Shown here: positions 13,003 through 25,886 of the stretch, one piece after another
How the letters are laid out: every line of letters starts with the position of its first letter
Numbering within the stretch: the stretch's first letter is position 1
NCBI GenBank assembly: GCA_001179505.1
Contig: CDMY01000182.1
Location: 1-64,000 of the forward strand
Length of the DNA stretch: 64,000 nucleotides
Direction: 5' to 3'
Origin: Vitrella brassicaformis CCMP3155
Lineage: Eukaryota; Protista; Chromerida
Translations under genes and position numbers: made by a program
Notes under the pieces: generated by a model
The model's database searches: none
Seen by the model: the letters and a program-made list of their open reading frames with translations, nothing else
Told to the model about the DNA's origin: nothing

Positions 13003-13725
13003 AGCCTCCTACCCCCTGGACACGTAACGGTGTGCATGTCTGGACACGTAACGGTGTGTATGTCTTTTTTTTGAAATGTGCGCGCGCAACCGCCCGAAAT
13101 GAAAAGATGCGGTGGAGGCAGTGAAGATTGAAACCGCGCGGCGAGAGACAGGTACGCAGCGTGCTGGGGGGGTAGGGTCCGGATGGGGGACGACGGGCCG
13201 ATACATAGAAAGTTGCGGGTAAGCATAAGGAGTTGTGCACGCACGTGACAGCGCAAAGTCCCGAATGGTTTTCACGCGGTGACGTAGGTTACATACGCTG
13301 GTACATCACGCTATGCATTTTCGTAGATATTACACACTTTTTCTCTTTACAATCGCTAACGTTTGCTGTTAATCGCATTTCCCCGTTCTCGCCCCCCAGC
13401 CAAACCCGGTGGATGAGTCAAAGCTGGCTAAATCATGCAGGCGCCTTTCGAAACGTGTATATAATACATCACAGCCCAAATCTCCGCGATCCCGCGAGAC
13501 ACGAGCTCGCTCATTTGCATACGCAGACACTGGCGGGTTGAAAGCATCAATCTCTCAGTGCGATCATCGGTTGACTCTCTCACACCTCTATCTCAAATAC
13601 ATACATTCTGTGATTGGCTACAGCGCAGAACAGCCACTGGGCTTTCGTCGACAATGTAACCTCCTCCAAATGCTTCGGTCTACTTCGGTACATCCCGATG
13701 GGACAGGTCGAAACAAGTCAATGGC

Positions 13726-14770
13726 TTATTTCGGGAGGGTGTAATATCCCACAGAGACCCCTCTTTTTGGTGAAGAAAACTCACAGCTGTAAGACTCCTT
13801 AATGGCACCATGGACCCGCAATTCTCTCCATGCTGCGACCAAAGAGACCCAGACAAGTCCCACGCCTTCTATTTCCGACTGATTGTTTACCTTCGCATAT
13901 TTCAGGCATCCTGATCAATGGGATCAAAGTAAAACGACATCAAACGTCTGACTGACGTGTTCGTGCAATGGTTCATATCTGCATACCCAGGGCAGTCGTC
14001 AAAAAAAAGAATGTTTCTTTCGGACGCCATTCGCCGAAAGTTCCTGCGAGGAGAACTTGTGAAAAAACCACTGTATACATAGATGACTTACGAAAGATCG
14101 CTCAGTGCAATATCACGGGTATGACCTGCACGGAGAGAACAAGATGGGGTGCATCACACGCTTCGGTCATATGCACATCACGACGTCCGTACCTCCATCG
14201 ACAAGCATCAAGTCGCATGTGACGTCTGGGTGCGTCCGATGAAATTCCGGGACCGTGACCCTGGAGTGCCCGAAGGCTAACGCGAATCGATGCCCATAAC
14301 GCTTTGCAAAGAGGTCTGTACATAGAGATGTAAAGATGAATATGCAAAAAAGGCGCGTCAGGGGATTACCTGCCACTTTGCGAGTATATGGATGCCGTCC
14401 TATGTCAAAAGATACCACACGAGCCTTTTGGTTGCTCGTCAGCCTGCAGAAAGACGAACAGTCGCAGACGCATGCCTTTTCCAACGACGGATAGGCAACA
14501 TGTGCAGCTTATCATATGTAGCTCGAATGCCCGGTATTGAAACCTTCGTGACATAACATCGCGATTGATTTCATTGATTCATTTTGTTGAGGCAACGGAT
14601 TTGCATTCGTGTTTAACGCACCGATCTCACAAATGGTCTTCACGAATGGGAGTGAAGCCAAATCGATGAAACTGACCAGTCAGACAGGAGCCGTACAGCA
14701 TGGCCAGCCGTCTGTCATTCGGCCAGCTCACGTCCGGACTTGCTGGGCAATTTGAAAACATCCTCCTGAG
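13726..14770 (-). CDS. Class I SAM-dependent methyltransferase (Methyltransf_24-like); one intron has an AT donor; start not found
   Basis: Exons splice in frame to GCFQIAQQVRTFIDLASLPFVKTICEIGFNTGHSSYIWLTSNQKARVVSFDIG...GHSRVTVPEFHRTHPDVTCDLMLVDGGHTRDIALSDLSNFRRMASERNILFFDDCPG...RGVSVGYYTLPK*. Motif I (EIGFNTG), DGGH and DD motifs are present. Confidence 0.85.
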
Positions 14771-14944
14771 TGAGAGACATAACTATGTCTCTCACTGAAA
14801 GTAACTCATGACCTCGACTTCCTCTTGTCTCTTGCCTTCGAAATGAGAGTAGGGTTGCAGTGTGTCTTGCATGTCGTGGTACAGCTTTATGTTTGGAGTA
14901 GGCATGAAAACGCAAATGAAGAAGACACGAAGCTCATACACTTG

Positions 14945-14995
14945 TCATTTGCTTGATACGAACTGAGGCTTAGACGTTTCATGCATCTACTTAAA
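14945..14995 (+). mobile_element. Isolated 3' terminus of RLE family A
   Basis: TCATTTGCTTGATACGAACTGA.GCTTAGACG...TTTCATGCATCTACTTAAA matches 6820-6884. Confidence 0.85.
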
Positions 14996-15985
14996 CTTAA
15001 GCACCACACGAGAGACAGCTGCCTATTCAACTCACTCACCGACGGATGGGCAGGCAGGAAAGCAAGGACGCAAAAGGACCCGAAAAAGGCCGTTCGTCGA
15101 CCCAGCAGCTGGCGAGCGAGTGCAGACAAGGGGTCTTGTGTTGTGTCGTCGACCTCTCATGGCTACACACCTGAGACACCCACCACACCAGGGGAACCAG
15201 CCAAGAGCCACACACAAAACAAATCAATGCAGCGTGCAGATGGCACTCTGTCCTCCCTTCCCAGCCAGGCTCTCACCACACCCACCTCCCTAGTTGTTTC
15301 CGTTGCGTCTCCGGCGCCACCAGTCCCTGACACGCCCCCACCCACGACGCGACCTCGACCCATGACGACCGCCGTCACCACTCTGCACACACACACGCAC
15401 GCACGCACGCACGCAGACACACAGATAAACGCACGTACGCACCATCAGCCCATGTATCAGCAAGCGCCCAAACGACAGTGAAGGAGGAAAGAGAGAGAGA
15501 GAGTGGGTGAGTGAGAGAGTTGGTGAGCGTATGCATGCACTCGCACGCAGCACAGTGCTGTCCAGTCTGGCAGAGAGGAGGATAGCAAGGACATGCATGC
15601 AATGCAATGCAGAACCATGAACCAACGAATAGCAGACACGACACGACTCACACACACACGCATTATATATACCCACACCCCGATACCCACCCACCCAGCC
15701 AGCACGAACCCATTGACAGAGACACGCAACGCCCTACCAACCCTCCCCCTTCGCGGCCAGCCAATTGCGGCCAGCCATGATGCGACCACGCCACCCTCGC
15801 CGACACACCACAGAGCCCGCAGACACACAAATACACACACATTCATTCATGTTCACGTGAATGAATGACTGTGTGCATTTACACACACTGGGCAGCGGTC
15901 GATCATGTCCTCTCTGATCTGATCTCGAGAGCTCATCCCCTCCCCTCCCTCTCCCTCTCTCCTTTACTCGCACGTGCATGTGTGG

Positions 15986-16190
15986 TGAGCGAGCGAGCGA
16001 GAGAGAGAGAGAGAGAGAGGGCGAGCGAGTGGGCGAGCGGGCGAGCGAGTGGGCGAGCGGGCGAGTGGCCGAGTGGGCGAGTGAGCGAGCGTGCGAGCGA
16101 GCGAGTGGGCGAGCGGGCGAGTGGGCGAGTGGGCGAGCGAGCGAGCGAGCGAGCGAGCGAGTGAGCGAGCGAGTGAGTGAGTGAGTCTGA
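15986..16190. repeat. Compound (GA)n/(GAGC)n/(GAGT/GGGC)n microsatellite
   Basis: Directly visible. Confidence 0.95.
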
Positions 16191-16882
16191 GTCATCCGCT
16201 GTGCGTGTGTGTTGTGTCCCTCCCCTCTGTGTGGGTGAGTCCGTTTCTGTGCGTGTGTGTGCGCGTGAGTGTCCATCTTTCTTTCTACGGCCGGCCAGCA
16301 GCCACGCACGCACACGCGCACAGAGCCGCTGGCCGGCTGCCGTACGTCGCTGCCGAAAAACGAAATTGGCGGGCAGCTCTCGCTTGGCCCTCGTCCCTCG
16401 CTCATGTGTCACACACACAGCGAGACTCACACACATAGACAGACAGGGGAGTCCATAGATGCACGACACATACACACACACACACACGGGAAAAAAAGTA
16501 ACCATACGAGATCGTTCAAATGACCTTATGCATCCGTCTCGACGTCCATGCCTCTCTTTCTCTCTCTCACCTCACACGCACATCCGTTCTCTCTGTCCGT
16601 CTTGCTCATACATGAACCAATGAATGCACAAATGCCAGTAGTGAGTGAGGAGAGCACAGCGGGCGAAAACACACACACACACACATACGCGCACTCACAC
16701 ACTGACCACACGGACACGGACAAAGGCAAAGGCAAAGGCAAATAGCTCACCCACCACATCAACCACTGTCCACACACACACACAGCAGAAGTTGTTAGAT
16801 ACACACCAGCAGACAATGAGACAGACAGAAGACGGGCAGAGAGAGAGGCAAGCCTGAGACTACGGACCCTGAAGAGGGTCTT

Positions 16883-16913
<31 letters not shown>

Positions 16914-17579
16914 GCGCGAGAAGGATGCAGAGAGAGCGAGGGTGAGGTTTTCACAAATACGCCGACATGAAGGTACTACGCGTACGTGCCAGTGAGTGAG
17001 TGAGTGGGTGGGGTGCATGGAAGGAGGAGAGGATGGAAAAAGAGGGCTCGACAACAGCCAGTCAGCCACCATCAGGTATGAACAATAGCTGATACCCTGA
17101 CTGCACTCACTGAGTATGTATGCATGTATGTTTGTCGTCCGGCTGCCTGCCTGTCTAAATGCACCGGACCGTTACTGACAATACGCACGCAGATCGAGTA
17201 GAGAGATTAGACAATAGTATTATCAAGATACTCAATGGAAAATTACCATGAGAAAACCACTTACACTAGAGAGATGCCGCGACCAGTCCCTCGTTTGGCC
17301 ATGTCGGCTGCCTCCAGCCACGCTGAATGAGCCACTCCTGTGCCACCATCGATCGAAGTTCCGCCAGCGCGTTTGGGAACAGCTGGCTGAAAGGAACCAG
17401 CTGGTCTCCCTGCCACCATCGTGCCGTCGGGAAGCGTTGCTCGAGGACACACAGTATGACACGCTTCAGCTCCAGTGGACTCGGAGAGATAAGCCCACCA
17501 CTCTGCTCCGTGAGGCGCTCGGCGAGGCAAGCGGCTGCTGGATGACCGTGAGCGGCACGCGAAGACAGCTCAGCACTTG

Positions 17580-18150
17580 CTACGGTCTCATCAAGTCGCC
17601 CGAGAACTGCATTCCTGTCAGACTCGGCTCATGAAGGACAGCGGTGAGGTGTCTTCTCTCCAGGTCAAGATCAGCGCAAAGTCTCGGCTTGCGCAGCTGG
17701 AACTTTGGCGGCGCTCCTGAGGACTTGATATGGCGAGGGTTGCCGCGCAGCGCGTAGATGAGCTTGTTCCGCTGCTTGTGAATATTGCGCGACAACTTTG
17801 CGAACATGACGTCCTGCAGCAGCTTGTTCGGCACTGAGCGCAACGACTCCCGACTGACCGCACCTACACAGACAATCCAAGCAGCGCAACGCTGATAATG
17901 TGCGTTCCTTCTCCCTGTGTCTACCTGTGTGTTCTCTCTGTCTGTGCATTGCTGTGCACACATGCCCCTTGTCTTTCACGGCTTGTTGACCGCAGTTTCA
18001 GGACACACGGTCAGATGTCACAGAGCACGTGGCGCTTGCCACGATGCATCTTTTGTTTTCAGCTTCACGAGACGCGCAGTCAACCAGACGTCTCGTACCT
18101 TCTTAGTTCCTGTCTTCGAACGGCTTTCAAAGAGGGGGCACGCGTCGCAA
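17580..18150 (-). CDS. Hypothetical protein, probable last exons (upstream exons may reach ~19180)
   Basis: Exon GAVSRESLRSVPNKLLQDVMFAKLSRNIHKQRNKLIYALRGNP... shows GC3-biased codons. No family recognised. Confidence 0.4.
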
Positions 18151-20446
18151 CCTTCTCTCCTCCTCTCCTTCCCGTCCCTTACGTTTACGTGCAGGTCGAT
18201 AGTACAGGCCTCGTGCACCTTCCCATGCCACATCTGAAACACATCAGAACCACACACCTGAGCAACGCGTCTCACCCTTCCCCGCCTAGCAGCTCACCAC
18301 GGTCGCAGCAAAACCCCTTCGGCTCCCCGCGCGTACACTTCAACAGACGGCACCCACCTGCTCACACACGAGCACGCACGCAGCCGCCCGCGCACAGCCA
18401 CACACACACAGAGATTTCACACATCCATTCTTGCCATTCCTCCCGCCACTCACCGCATGGAATGACAGGCGAGGCAACCAACACCAACAACAGCAAAGCG
18501 ATTGCACGCGGGGCGCCACCTGATTCTGCCAATTTAGAGTGTCTCATGTTCTTCGCCGTCACACAGAAGAGAGAGAGAGACAACGCACGCAGCGGTCAGC
18601 CAGCCAGCTACCCAGTGAGAAGGCGTCGAATGGACCGATGTATCCCCCATAACCCACACCAGGAGCCCGAGCGCTACCACGGCGTGCGATTGTGCGTGTC
18701 TGCCACACCCATTGGTGACGGTCTTTCCCGCCTCACGTGTCGAGACAAAATCGCACAACCACACGCACGACTGTGAAGCCAGCAAGTGCAAACCACACCT
18801 CACGACCACTCCGATCTGAAGAACCACACCCAAGCGTTCATCCCCTTCCCTCCCCTCCCCTCCTCCTCTCCCCTTTCGCCCACGTAACCCGACCGACGAG
18901 CTAGCCGCCCATTAAATCTCATTGCGTCATCAATGAATGAATGACGTGTGTGGCACCGACGAGCCACTGTACGTACGTATGTATGCGTAGGGGGAGAGGG
19001 GAATGCATGGGTGGATGGATGGATAAAGGAGCCGTAACAAACCTCACACAATACACAGACAGATACAGATACAGACACAGGCAGAGGGAGAGGGAGAGGG
19101 CCGGCCGTGTGTATGCATGTCGATCGTACCACACCGGCCAGCTAAACGGCGAATTGGTATGAAGCCATTCATGGATCCGTCACCAGACAATGCGTCAAAG
19201 GCACGGCATGCGTGTAGGCAAGAAAGACCACAAACACACGGGACATTCTGGCGGAAGCGACGGAGAGAATTGGCAGATAGAGAGAGCGTGTGCGCGCGGT
19301 GAGGGTGGAAAAGCCGCGAGAAACAACACGAGACCACTAGATCAAAACCTCCAGACAGAGATGAGAAGGAGTGTGCAACAAGAGAGAGTCAGCTGAGCCC
19401 ATCCGCATCTCTCCCTTCTCCCTGGCCCGGCCCACCAACTGATACTTGCTCGGTACTCTTTCTGGCTGGTCATTGTCCGTGCTGTTCACTACCGGTAACC
19501 GTAAAACCACGGACGGACGGACGGACGGACGGACGCTTCAAGTGTTGCTGGCCTGGCTAATTCCTGACATGAAAGACCAACTATTTACCTGCCAGTAAGA
19601 ACGGCCAACTAGCTGCACTAGCTGAGATCCTCTTCTGCCTGCCTGCCTGCCTGCCTGCCGGTCTGTCTGTTTGTTTGTCTGTCTGCCTTTGCAGCTAAGA
19701 CGCATGGGCACACAGGCAGCAACAGCAAGTGACGAATTGACCGAATGAGCGAGGGAGGGAGTGGGTGGTGGGTCGGGTCACCAGGGCTGGCTCGATACGT
19801 AAGCACGAAGAGATGCAAAACCGCCTTATCAGGTTGTAGAAGCGACGTTGGCTTAGTGAGAGGGAGAGAGAGCGTCAGAGAGGGTGCTCTTGTGATAGTG
19901 AGTCCGTATGCACAACATCAGCATCAGAATGAATGCGAGAGTGCGTGTTTCCATCACGACATCACACACAAAGGTTAAGACACACACATCCATCCATCCA
20001 CAACACATACAAACACATGCACACCTATGTAAGAAACGCGCCAACGTACAACGGTCACCTCACCTCGCCATCCACCGTGGCCGGTAAAAAACAACAGCAG
20101 CCACCGTTTGCTGGATGGGGAAAAGGAACATTGCCCAGCTGGAAAAGCCGGCTGTCTGGTCGGTCATCAAATCCAGCAGATAGATAGATACAGGGGAGGG
20201 TAGGAAGGAAGCAGCAAGCAAGAGAAGAGGAGGAGGAAACCCATGCAAAGAAAGCATCACCCACCCGTCATTCATTGTCTTCTGCTACACAGCCAAGACA
20301 CACCACACCACACCCCACACCACCCCATCACGCCACGCCACGCCACGCCACGCCACGAAAACCCCCGCTCACACCGACAGCCGCCCCGTCTTACGTTATC
20401 CCACCACACACTACCACCTTCATCTCGGCCATCCCTCGGTCGCCCC

Positions 20447-23130
20447 TCACGCCCTGTGCATGGGTGTGGTGCCGGTCTCGCCCGCGAGCGCCTTGTTCCT
20501 GGTCATCAGGAAGGCGGGAAAGCCCTCCTCGGCGTCGGTGTCCAGGTCGATCAGCTTCATGATGGTGTCATGGATCGTCTTGGCGTACTTCTGGGCCAGC
20601 GAACGGGACACAAAGTTGGAGGCATACTGAACAACACACAGAGAAAGAGAAAGACAAGAGGAGGAAGTGCGCGTACAGAACGGGTGTGGTGTTTGCTGTG
20701 CTGTGTGTCCGTTTCTCAACTGCAGCGACCAGTTGAGTCTGCCCGAGATGGTGACCAGGTTGTGCAAGAAGAGGTGGTTGCCCACGCCGTGCTGGCTCAC
20801 GCACGACCAGCTGCTCTCGATCTCCATCTCGAAGTCGCCCCCGCCCCTCACCTCGCTGTCACTGCCGCTGTCCATGCTGTCGACGTGCTCGTGCAGGATC
20901 GAACGAGGCGAGTCGATCGACGTGTGGACGATGGTGGGGGTGCGGGGGTAGCGCGACAGCCCGGCCAGCATGGTGGGCTTGCGGGGGCCGCGAGCCGACG
21001 CGCCGTTGCCCTTGCGCAGGTCCGTCGTGTCCCAGTTGCCCGTATTCTGAAGATCACATCGCACACAACACACATATCAATGCAGCGAGGGAGGGAGGGG
21101 TGCGTGTGTGTTTGCTTGCGTACCGAGATGAGGAACACCGAAGGGCGTGCCTTGGGGGCCAGGAGCTCGAGCATCTTGTCCAGCCGCTCGTTCTCCATGT
21201 TGTTTTTGAGGAACTTGGTCACCACGTCCCAGTCGGAGCATGCGTTGGTCGGGCTCGGCCGGTCCACCTTGCTGTGGATGCTCGTGTTGACCGTCGACGC
21301 AAACTGCCAGAAATGGTCAGCGCGGGTCGAGTTGGCCGGCACCTCCAGACCCAGGCTCATCAGGCAGGTGAAGCACCCCAGACGCGGCAGCCCGTCGGCC
21401 TTGGGGGCCGGCTTGTCGCTCTTGACGTCGGCAACGGCAGGGGGGAGGGGCGCCGGGACCGCCCCTGCACGACGAGGGGCTGAGCAGCGATGGGCTGAGG
21501 TGGCTGAGGACGTCTGGGTTGCTGTCCTGCTTGTCGATGGGCAGGAGGGGGGGCGAGGGGGGCGAGTGCGAGGGCGGGATGGGGGAGGGAGGGGGCGTGG
21601 GGTTGGTCGACGTCTTGCTCTCGGTGCGAAGGGGGGGCGGCTTGTCCTTCATGGCCTTCTGCATCCACCTGCGTGTGGAGATGGCCTGGGCGGTGTAGAG
21701 GGACGTCTTCTGGTCCTCCTTGCCGATCAGCTGGGCGGCAGCAGAGGCTGCCGTGGCGGTCAGCACCGAGTTGAGGGGGATGTTGTGCTGCTTGCACGTC
21801 TGGATGAGCTTCTTGGTCGTCGACGGATCGAACAACAGAGGCACTATCGACGTATGCGCAGCCTACACAACACACACAGGGAGAGAATGAACGGATGCTA
21901 ATGTGTTGTGACAAGCCCCCCCTCTCTCCCTCCCTCCCTCCCTCCCTCCCTCTCTCGCTTCACTCGCCTCACCAGCTGCCTGTCCCTGTACTGCTCAGCG
22001 GGGTACATGACGGAGAAGGGGTTCCTCTTCTTGACCATCAGCTTGCGGAAGAACATCGTCAGGCCCTTGCCGACCTGGAAGGCCGCCTCGTCAGCCACTG
22101 CGTACAACGGCTTCGTCAGGGCGTCCAAAAGCGTCCCACGCATCACGGACGACACCGGCGGCGGCAGCGACTCACTCAGAGGCCCCCCCATGAAGGGGTT
22201 GTCGGCCATCGAGGGGAGTTCAGGGAGCGATTCCAGCGATGCAATGGTCGACGCCGACGCGAACATGTGTAGAGGGGGAGGGGAGGTGCGGTGGGGGTTG
22301 CGGCGCTGGGCGAGGGTGTAGATGGTGTTGAGGAAGTCCTTCCAGAAGTTCTGCCGCGCCATGCCGTCCATGATGCCGTGGTGGAAGATGCCTACGATCC
22401 ACGTCCGGTACGATGGGTACAACACCGGACCCTGCACATATCAAGACACACCAGCACCAGACCGAAGCAGCGATGGTGCAGCGGATCGTCCGCAAATGTG
22501 TGTCAAACTGAGTTGGGTTACCCTTCTGATTCTCTGAGTGGTGGGTGTGGCCTGGAGCACTCTCATTCTCCAGAGAGGCCCCGTGGTGGTGGGCAGGGGG
22601 TAGTTCTGCTCATAGCGGAGGACCTCCTCCCAATCGCTACACTGAGACATCTCTATGTCTGCACACAACACAGAATGCGAGCTTGTTTCAATCTCTCTCC
22701 TTCTCGCCTTCTCTGATTCTCGCTTTCTCCTCCCCCGACTGTCTCGCTGTGCGTGTCTGTCGTCTTACCGGGCTCGTGGTGAGTCTCTGCCCATCTGCGC
22801 CTAAGGCGCCCCCTATGCTTGTCGACCAGGATCCTGGCGCGCAGAGCGGCGTGTTGCGCCATGAGCATCCTGCCGGCCTCCTTCACGTCCTCGAGGTGGA
22901 AGGGCTGGCTTGTGATGACACTGATGGTGTTCTGGATGAACAGCGGCCGCTACCGGCGGTGTGGAGGATGTCCCAGTTCTGCTCCCAGTTGTCCAGCTCT
23001 CTGCCGAAGCCATGCTCGTCCACCTCGCGTGGGGAGGAGGGGGGGAGGGGGGTGGGGTGGGGGGGGGCCGTCAGGCGCCAACAGGATCTCCTCCTCGTCC
23101 ACCTTCGTGGGGTGGGCGCAGCACGTCAAC
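20447..23130 (-). CDS. Stand-alone condensation-domain/alcohol acetyltransferase-like CoA-dependent acyltransferase (possible frameshift near 22946)
   Basis: HHGIMDG active-site motif (22363-22383). Also N-terminal RELDNWE, LMAQHAALRARI, GPLWRMRVL, KLIQTCKQHNIPLNSVL and C-terminal TISGRLNWSLQYASN, all typical of the PapA5/Atf-like fold. Confidence 0.8.
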
Positions 23131-23554
23131 ATGGCCAGATCACGCCCGTCTACCGCAGGAGGTCGGCGGAGCTCTCGCGGTCACACGTACACGCGAGGCA
23201 ACAAGCTCAGTCGGGAAAAACGAGTACAGGGGTAGGGGAAGGTGGAGTGAGACGAAAACTCCGATGCGCTCCGATGAAAACAGACGCCGTCGAAGGTGTC
23301 AAAAACTAAGCAAGAGGAAAACAGCACAAGGAGAAAAGGAGGTGAGAGAAAAAAGGAGACAAGGAGGATGTCGTGAAAGGATGAGCTCGCAGGTCGATCC
23401 TCCGTTAGCTCGCAAATTGTGGTCATCCGCGTTAGCTCCTCAACCGTTAGCTCTGTTTGGTATGACTCTCCATTGAGGAAAGGGGAAAAGGCGGGAGGCA
23501 AGAGCCATCGAAAAAAAAGCGAGCCCAAGAATCAAGACGCTGCCCCTTCTGTGC

Positions 23555-24517
23555 GTGATCAGCCTCAGGCTCCGGGCAGCCAGCACAGAATGGCACGGCA
23601 TCGTCACCGTGAGCACCCTTCGCAGACGGCTGGAGCGCCTCATCGATTCGGAGGGCCTCAGGGGTGCGCTCAGCTATGTCGGTGACCCTGCCGAAATGCC
23701 CAACGGCCTGACACACTTCGGCTATGTGTCACGGGCGCTCTATGTGGTGATGGATGGCCGAGGTACCCTCGGCAGATGGGCGAGGGCCATCCATCTGGCT
23801 GCTGCTGTTGCTGATCGGCTGCCCCTCACACTCTGCCCACGGGCCATCCAGCAGCACTTCAGCAGCAGGAGGGCCTACCACAAGACGCCGCGAGCCATCT
23901 CACAGTACGCCGCATTCGGTGGCCGACTGGTCGGCATGGAGCTGACAGCTGGGGCTGACGATGGGGACTTCCTCCTCGGCTCTCAGCGTGTCCGCGTCGT
24001 GCCTCACGGCGACATCGACGTCGACCATCCTTACAGGCAGCAATACGACAGCGACGATCCGGTCGTCAGCACAGCCGAAGGTCAGCTCTTCCCATCCTTC
24101 TCGGCCTGTGTCGTGTGGCTCGTCGCGACACGCGCCCACCAAGCCATCCGGTCGCTGGCGGCAAGCACCTCGTCCCACCCAGGCCTCGTGATGGACCTCT
24201 ACCGGAGTCTCGCCACATCAGCCATTCAGGACGACACCGCGCACGCCGACTGCGCGTCCCCTGACGGTTCCAAGCACCAGCGCGTCATTGTCTTGTCGGG
24301 CGCCCGTCGTGATGATACGTTTGCCGCCTATCTGCGTGTCAGTGCGGCGTCGGCAAGTGGGTATGTGGTGCTGGGCACTACAGAGGCACATGTGGAGGGG
24401 GCCGAGGGCTGGCTGCGAAGCGCCCCAGCGACCGGAGAACTCGTGAGGCGGTTCGCTAGAGACATTGGTGTGGACCTGGATGCGCTGCGGCTGGTCGACT
24501 TGAGCGGCTCGATGTAG
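23555..24517 (+). CDS. Intron-poor hypothetical protein of a lineage-expanded family (start uncertain)
   Basis: 320-codon open frame with coding-like composition. The DHPYRQQYDSDDPV motif recalls a Vitrella-expanded family (from memory, unverified). Confidence 0.6.
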   Translation: MISLRLRAASTEWHGIVTVSTLRRRLERLIDSEGLRGALSYVGDPAEMPNGLTHFGYVSRALYVVMDGRGTLGRWARAIHLAAAVADRLPLTLCPRAIQQHFSSRRAYHKTPRAISQYAAFGGRLVGMELTAGADDGDFLLGSQRVRVVPHGDIDVDHPYRQQYDSDDPVVSTAEGQLFPSFSACVVWLVATRAHQAIRSLAASTSSHPGLVMDLYRSLATSAIQDDTAHADCASPDGSKHQRVIVLSGARRDDTFAAYLRVSAASASGYVVLGTTEAHVEGAEGWLRSAPATGELVRRFARDIGVDLDALRLVDLSGSM

Positions 24518-25206
24518 ACACAAGGTGAGGGAGGAATAAGGAGTTCGGCCGAAACACGTCGAATGACTTTTCTTGTTTGGTTTGTCTTTGTCCAGGTGCG
24601 CTGTTCAAGTGAGAGCGACTTGCCGAGTCTTGCCTTCCCGCCTGCCTTTCCTTGCCGCGGCATAAGGCCTCTCGGACTGACATTTTGTTACATCGGCGTA
24701 AAGGTGTCGATCGTGTTTCGTCTTTGTTGTGTGTGCTTACTGCTGTGTACGATCTGACCGGTGTTCTACCTCATCGTCCGGCTACGTTCCCCCACACTAT
24801 ACCAGCCTCCGGGCAATATATGTGAGTGGTGCCGTGTCCGGACGCCCAGGCAGGACACCAGTCAGAGACACGCAGCAGAAAAGGCGACGTGATACATGTG
24901 TGATCCCTGTGTGTTGGGTGGTACTGTGTGTTGGGTAGTTGCGACAGTGACAGTTTTGCCCGGTCTTTTTCAGGCCAGAATGTTTGACGGTGGCCAGTGA
25001 GTAATGGTCAGTCAATCAGTCTCGTGCAGACAGACAGACAGACAGACGGACAGGTCATGCGATCCAGCCATTCAACATATCCCTCCACTCAGCGTGACCC
25101 CCACTCGCAGACAGACGGAAAGGAAAACCCGCAGGTGTGCAAAGCCGTCACTCCCTCTTCACCCTGCCCCCTCCATACTCCTTTCCCCTCCCGCCGAAGC
25201 AATCAG

Positions 25207-25886
25207 TCAATTGTCGTGTCCGCAAGGGTTCTCATCGTCGCACAAGACCGAGCCGACCACCTGACGGAACAAAACACCAGACAGCCATCCTATGATATGA
25301 CAGGCCGACAGCGCAGTTTGTCAGCTCTGCTCACCCCGGCGATGACCAGGACGTAGATGAAGGCCAGAGCAGAGCCCAGCATCAACGCACGCTTGCCCCT
25401 GAAGCACAACGACAGCGGAAAGGACAGCAATTTCTCACTTTCGGTCGGCCCCACGGCGACACTCGCCTGACCATATCTTGCGGGGCGAGTTCTGAGGAGA
25501 GACAAAACCGTACCAGCAACCAAGTGAGCGCATGCCCCTCCCTCCCCCGTCATTCTCCTCACGTCGGGGTCCGTCGAGTAGCGGCAGAAGGCGACGCATC
25601 CGACGGGCGGGAAGAGAATCGACCCGAAGAACATCAGGATGGCATGCGTCGGGTCCAGCTTTTGCGCGGCGATGAAGGGCTTCGACACTCCAGTCTGGGG
25701 AGGCACGGCCCTGGCCTCCGGAGCCCCGGCCTCCACAGTGCCGGCCTCCACAGTGCCGGCCTCGCCGGCCTCCATCCCCACTATGGGCTCTTCCTGCACC
25801 ACTGCTTTGGGGCCGGTGGCCTCTTCCAAGTCGATGTCGTATAGGCCCACGTCAGTCATGGGCTCGTCAGGCTGCTCAAAAGACAT
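25207..25886 (-). CDS. Small membrane protein with an acidic N-terminus and two C-terminal hydrophobic segments
   Basis: Three exons: MSFEQPDEPM...AILMFFGSILFPPVGCVAFCRYSTDPDVRR / GKRALMLGSALAFIYVLVIA.. / VGSVLCDDENPCGHDN*. Contains a 15-bp EAGTV repeat. Confidence 0.65.

Noticed and set aside
15734-16505. ERASE/SLARS repeat ORFs
   Set aside because: Translations of a tetranucleotide microsatellite.
17261-17640. Additional open frames downstream of the 17580 stop on both strands
   Set aside because: Several overlapping frames are open and none shows a recognisable motif, so no call could be supported.
20243-21901. 552-aa plus-strand ORF
   Set aside because: Antisense shadow of the acyltransferase exons and introns.
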